From: Nanobdellota archaeon
GTDB lineage: Archaea; Nanobdellota; Nanobdellia; Nanobdellales; Nanobdellaceae
Direction: 5' to 3'
DNA length: 7,374 nucleotides
Assembly (NCBI GenBank): GCA_020697515.1
Contig: JAIXNB010000016.1
Location: 1 to 7,374, forward strand
Made by a program: the position numbers and the translations under genes. Positions within the stretch are counted from its first letter, which is position 1; every line of letters begins with the position of its first letter. The notes under the pieces are model-generated. The model was not told the origin of the DNA. It saw only the letters and a program-made list of their open reading frames with translations, and did no database searches. Of the stretch, positions 5,590 through 7,374 are shown piece after piece.

Positions 5590-5627
5590 TGACCCCCTTT
5601 GAAGGGTGAGGTTTCACGGTTGTGATA
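5590..5627 (+). repeat. inverted duplication, left arm (tgaccccctttgaagggtgaggtttcacggttgtgata)
   Basis: The core 5602-5627 is the reverse complement of 5876-5901 at 24/26 positions, both differences being transitions. The outer tgaccc (5590-5595) matches gggtca (5914-5919) across a roughly 6-nt indel. Confidence 0.75.
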
Positions 5628-5860
5628 TTAACATTCCCTACACCTTTTTCACCTTCAGACTGAGATATTAACCAATTTTATTTAATTGTTTAGATTTTGA
5701 TCCATACCTTGAAAAGTGCTAACCTAAATTTCCTCACTAATAATGATAATAGTCCTCTGGTAAAGTGGGTGGTAGAAGGAATGATACCATCTTCTTTTCC
5801 ATTCACTGTAAATAGCTTTCCCCAACTTTGCGTAAAATGTTATATCTAACTCAAGAGTTT

Positions 5861-5878
5861 TTCAATGCAGAACTCTAT
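5861..5878 (+). repeat. direct repeat copy 2 (ttcaatgcagaactctat)
   Basis: See 5561-5579. This copy overlaps the first 3 nt of the right inverted arm. Confidence 0.6.
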
Positions 5879-5919
5879 CATAACCATGAAACCTCACCCT
5901 TTTAGGGCGAGGAGGGTCA
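5876..5919 (+). repeat. inverted duplication, right arm (tatcataaccatgaaacctcacccttttagggcgaggagggtca)
   Basis: Reverse-complement partner of 5590-5627. The core arms are 248 nt apart (5628-5875). Confidence 0.75.
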
Positions 5920-6145
5920 ACCACTCTTTTAACTTCCTCTCCAAGTAATCTCCTCATCTCTGATTCTGGAATCCTCCCGATACCTCCCATTGTTTTACAT
6001 TATGTACCTTAATGTTACTTAGTGTAGTTAAATGTTATTCAAACCGAAAACTGTTTCGAACCCTCATCCTTCAGAATAGAGAGGAAGTCAATGAGTTGAA
6101 ATAAAAGTCTATCTCCTTTGTTATTATCATTGTGCATTAGAATTA

Positions 6146-6155
6146 TTTTTTAAAA
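6146..6155 (+). promoter_or_regulatory. TATA-box-like element (ttttttaaaa) for rps19e
   Basis: Its centre lies about 25-26 nt upstream of ATG 6176 with no SD in between, consistent with a leaderless mRNA. Confidence 0.4.
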
Positions 6156-6175
6156 TTTTTAATGTATGTGGTTTT

Positions 6176-6688
6176 ATGCCATCTGCATATGATGTTCCTG
6201 GACAATTACTTGTTGAAAGATTAGCAAGAGTCTTATTTGAAAAATATAGAGATATTATCAAACCACCAGAATGGGCTAATTTTGTAAAAACTGGTCCCGA
6301 TAGAGAAAGATTACCAGATGATCCAGCAGATATATCCTACGACGGAAACCCTGGCTGGTGGTATTATAGAGCTGCGTCTATCTTAAGGCAAGTGTATCTA
6401 AAAGGTCCTATTGGCGTTTCTAGGTTAAGAACAAGATATGGCGGTATCAGAAAAAGAGGAATGGAACCAGGTAGGTTTAGAAAAGGTTATGCTAAAATAA
6501 TTAGGACTATATTACAACAACTGGAGCAGGCGGGTTTGGTAATGAAAGTTGAAAAGGATAAAAGGAAGGGTAGAGTGGTAACACCTGAAGGTAGAAGCCT
6601 GGTAGACAAAGTTTCTTCAGAAATATATTGGGAACTAAGAGGACAAACCGCAAACATAATACAGTATATAAAGCAACTAACAGAATAG
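6176..6688 (+). CDS. rps19e: 30S ribosomal protein S19e (eS19)
   Basis: 170 aa. Family hallmarks: YDVP......RLA..L......IKPPEWANFVKTG..RE..P....WWYYRAASILRQVYLKGPIGVSRLRTRYGG..KRG..P..F.KG...IIR..LQQLE.AGLV........GR.VTP.GRSL.DK. Confidence 0.9.
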   Translation: MPSAYDVPGQLLVERLARVLFEKYRDIIKPPEWANFVKTGPDRERLPDDPADISYDGNPGWWYYRAASILRQVYLKGPIGVSRLRTRYGGIRKRGMEPGRFRKGYAKIIRTILQQLEQAGLVMKVEKDKRKGRVVTPEGRSLVDKVSSEIYWELRGQTANIIQYIKQLTE

Positions 6689-6696
6689 TCCTTAGA

Positions 6697-6701
6697 TTTT
6701 T
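6697..6701 (+). terminator. T5 run 9 nt after the rps19e stop, in the 29-nt convergent intergenic spacer
   Basis: Only an oligo-T tract is seen. The spacer 6689-6717 separates two convergent genes. Confidence 0.3.
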
Positions 6702-6717
6702 CTAAATATTTATTTAA

Positions 6718-7374
6718 TTAATCTCTTCTTAACCCTATATGAGCTTTTAAACTGGTGGAGTACATTTGTGATATATAGGATATTAATCTAGGATCATCTA
6801 CAGTATCTTCGAGTTCTATAATTTTATAATTGATTCCTCTATTATCTAAAAATTTTGCAACATTTCTTACATGGGATCTTCCAATTATAGCTATTACTGG
6901 AGACTCGGTCTGTCTCTTCTTAACATATTTCTCTATAGAATCTGCCATTGCTTTTTCTCTAAGGTCAGTACAATATTCCCAAGATATTTTTCCTTCTAGG
7001 CATTTCTTCAATATCCTAATTTTTTCTTCAGAATCTAAATCGCATTCACCTATTTTGGCACCTATTTTGTATACTGCAGATAGAAATACATAGATTCTTG
7101 GATCTCGATCATATAACGACGTTCTAAAACATATACCAGCATATTTAGCATGCGATAATGTAGAGCACATACTATGCAAATTTAGTACACAATCAGAATC
7201 CAGATCATATATATCTAATATATAAGAGTCCAGTGATGATCTTTTCGAGTTTTTATTATGTTGTTTTTTGGCTAAAATTTCCCTTTCAAGTTCTCTACTC
7301 CTATTCCATACTATTTTCGAAAAATAGTCCAATATTGCAGGGTGATATGTAACTATAGGTCTACTAACAATTTC
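6718..7374 (-). CDS. TraB/PrgY/GumN/ChaN (Tiki-superfamily)-like protein, C-terminal part; the 5' end probably lies beyond the window
   Basis: The - strand frame stays open past the track's TTG at 7332 to the window edge (...EIVSRPIVTYHPAI upstream), so the TTG start is probably an artefact. The C-terminal segment W..C.DLREKAMADSIEKYVKKRQTESPVIAIIGRSHVRNVAKFL resembles the superfamily motif (W..RD..MA..I......VV.V.G.GH......L). The N-terminal G..H motif would be outside the window. The family call is tentative. Confidence 0.5.
   Translation of the reverse strand, partial: EIVSRPIVTYHPAILDYFSKIVWNRSRELEREILAKKQHNKNSKRSSLDSYILDIYDLDSDCVLNLHSMCSTLSHAKYAGICFRTSLYDRDPRIYVFLSAVYKIGAKIGECDLDSEEKIRILKKCLEGKISWEYCTDLREKAMADSIEKYVKKRQTESPVIAIIGRSHVRNVAKFLDNRGINYKIIELEDTVDDPRLISYISQMYSTSLKAHIGLRRD

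Noticed and set aside
5620-5662. Possible C/D-box sRNA (tgtgata as a C box, ctga at 5660-5663 as a D box)
   Set aside because: The C box is imperfect, there are no C'/D' boxes, the span is too short at about 43 nt, and there is no terminal stem or k-turn context. The aatgata at about 5780 has the same problems.
5862-5864. In-frame TGA in the - strand frame as selenocysteine or programmed read-through
   Set aside because: I see no SECIS-like hairpin in the 3' region, and the flanking frame has further stops upstream (6039-6041, 6015-6017, 6009-6011, 6000-6002). Decay is the simpler explanation, so this is kept only as a check under the main finding.
6055-6063. T-loop-like gggttcgaa on the - strand, a possible tRNA fragment or att-site remnant of an element integrated at tRNA-Tyr
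   Set aside because: Only 9 nt match the tRNA T arm and no flanking T-stem or acceptor complement exists. The orientation is opposite to the tRNA, whereas att duplications are direct. No integrase-like ORF is present, and reading the - strand into the tRNA gives only a short frame.
1-7374. CRISPR arrays, transposase, integrase, toxin-antitoxin or restriction-type genes
   Set aside because: There are no regularly spaced direct repeats and no ORF with recognisable motifs of these families on either strand. The only repeats are the single inverted and direct pairs at 5561-5919.

Overview
Compact, AT-rich (about 30% G+C by eye) archaeal chromosomal segment, almost entirely housekeeping. On the + strand it contains: the 3' part of a long-form Hef (SF2 helicase motifs V/VI, XPF-type ERK nuclease, HhH2); a tightly packed, probably single transcription unit at 1175-3756 (43-codon uL29-like ORF, aIF1/SUI1, RNase P protein Rpp29, 51-codon ORF, DUF171-type SPOUT methyltransferase, PAP2 phosphatase::dolichol kinase fusion); a 461-aa sequon-rich signal-peptide/TM protein of unknown function; an intron-containing tRNA-Tyr(GUA) with a textbook hBHBh' splice motif; a 655-nt gene-free tract holding a diverged inverted duplication and a decayed reading frame; and ribosomal protein S19e. 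A window-truncated TraB/Tiki/ChaN-like gene converges on the - strand. tRNA exons are about three-quarters G+C by hand count against the AT-rich background, which suggests a (hyper)thermophile. Long-form Hef argues against Crenarchaeota and for a euryarchaeal or DPANN/nanoarchaeal-type lineage, but I cannot assign the organism. I see no CRISPR array, no recognisable defence, toxin or transposase genes, and no convincing novel multi-gene system. The least explained parts are the non-coding tract 5520-6175 and the 461-aa surface protein next to the dolichyl-phosphate enzyme fusion. All homology calls rest on motif recognition by eye, not on searches.
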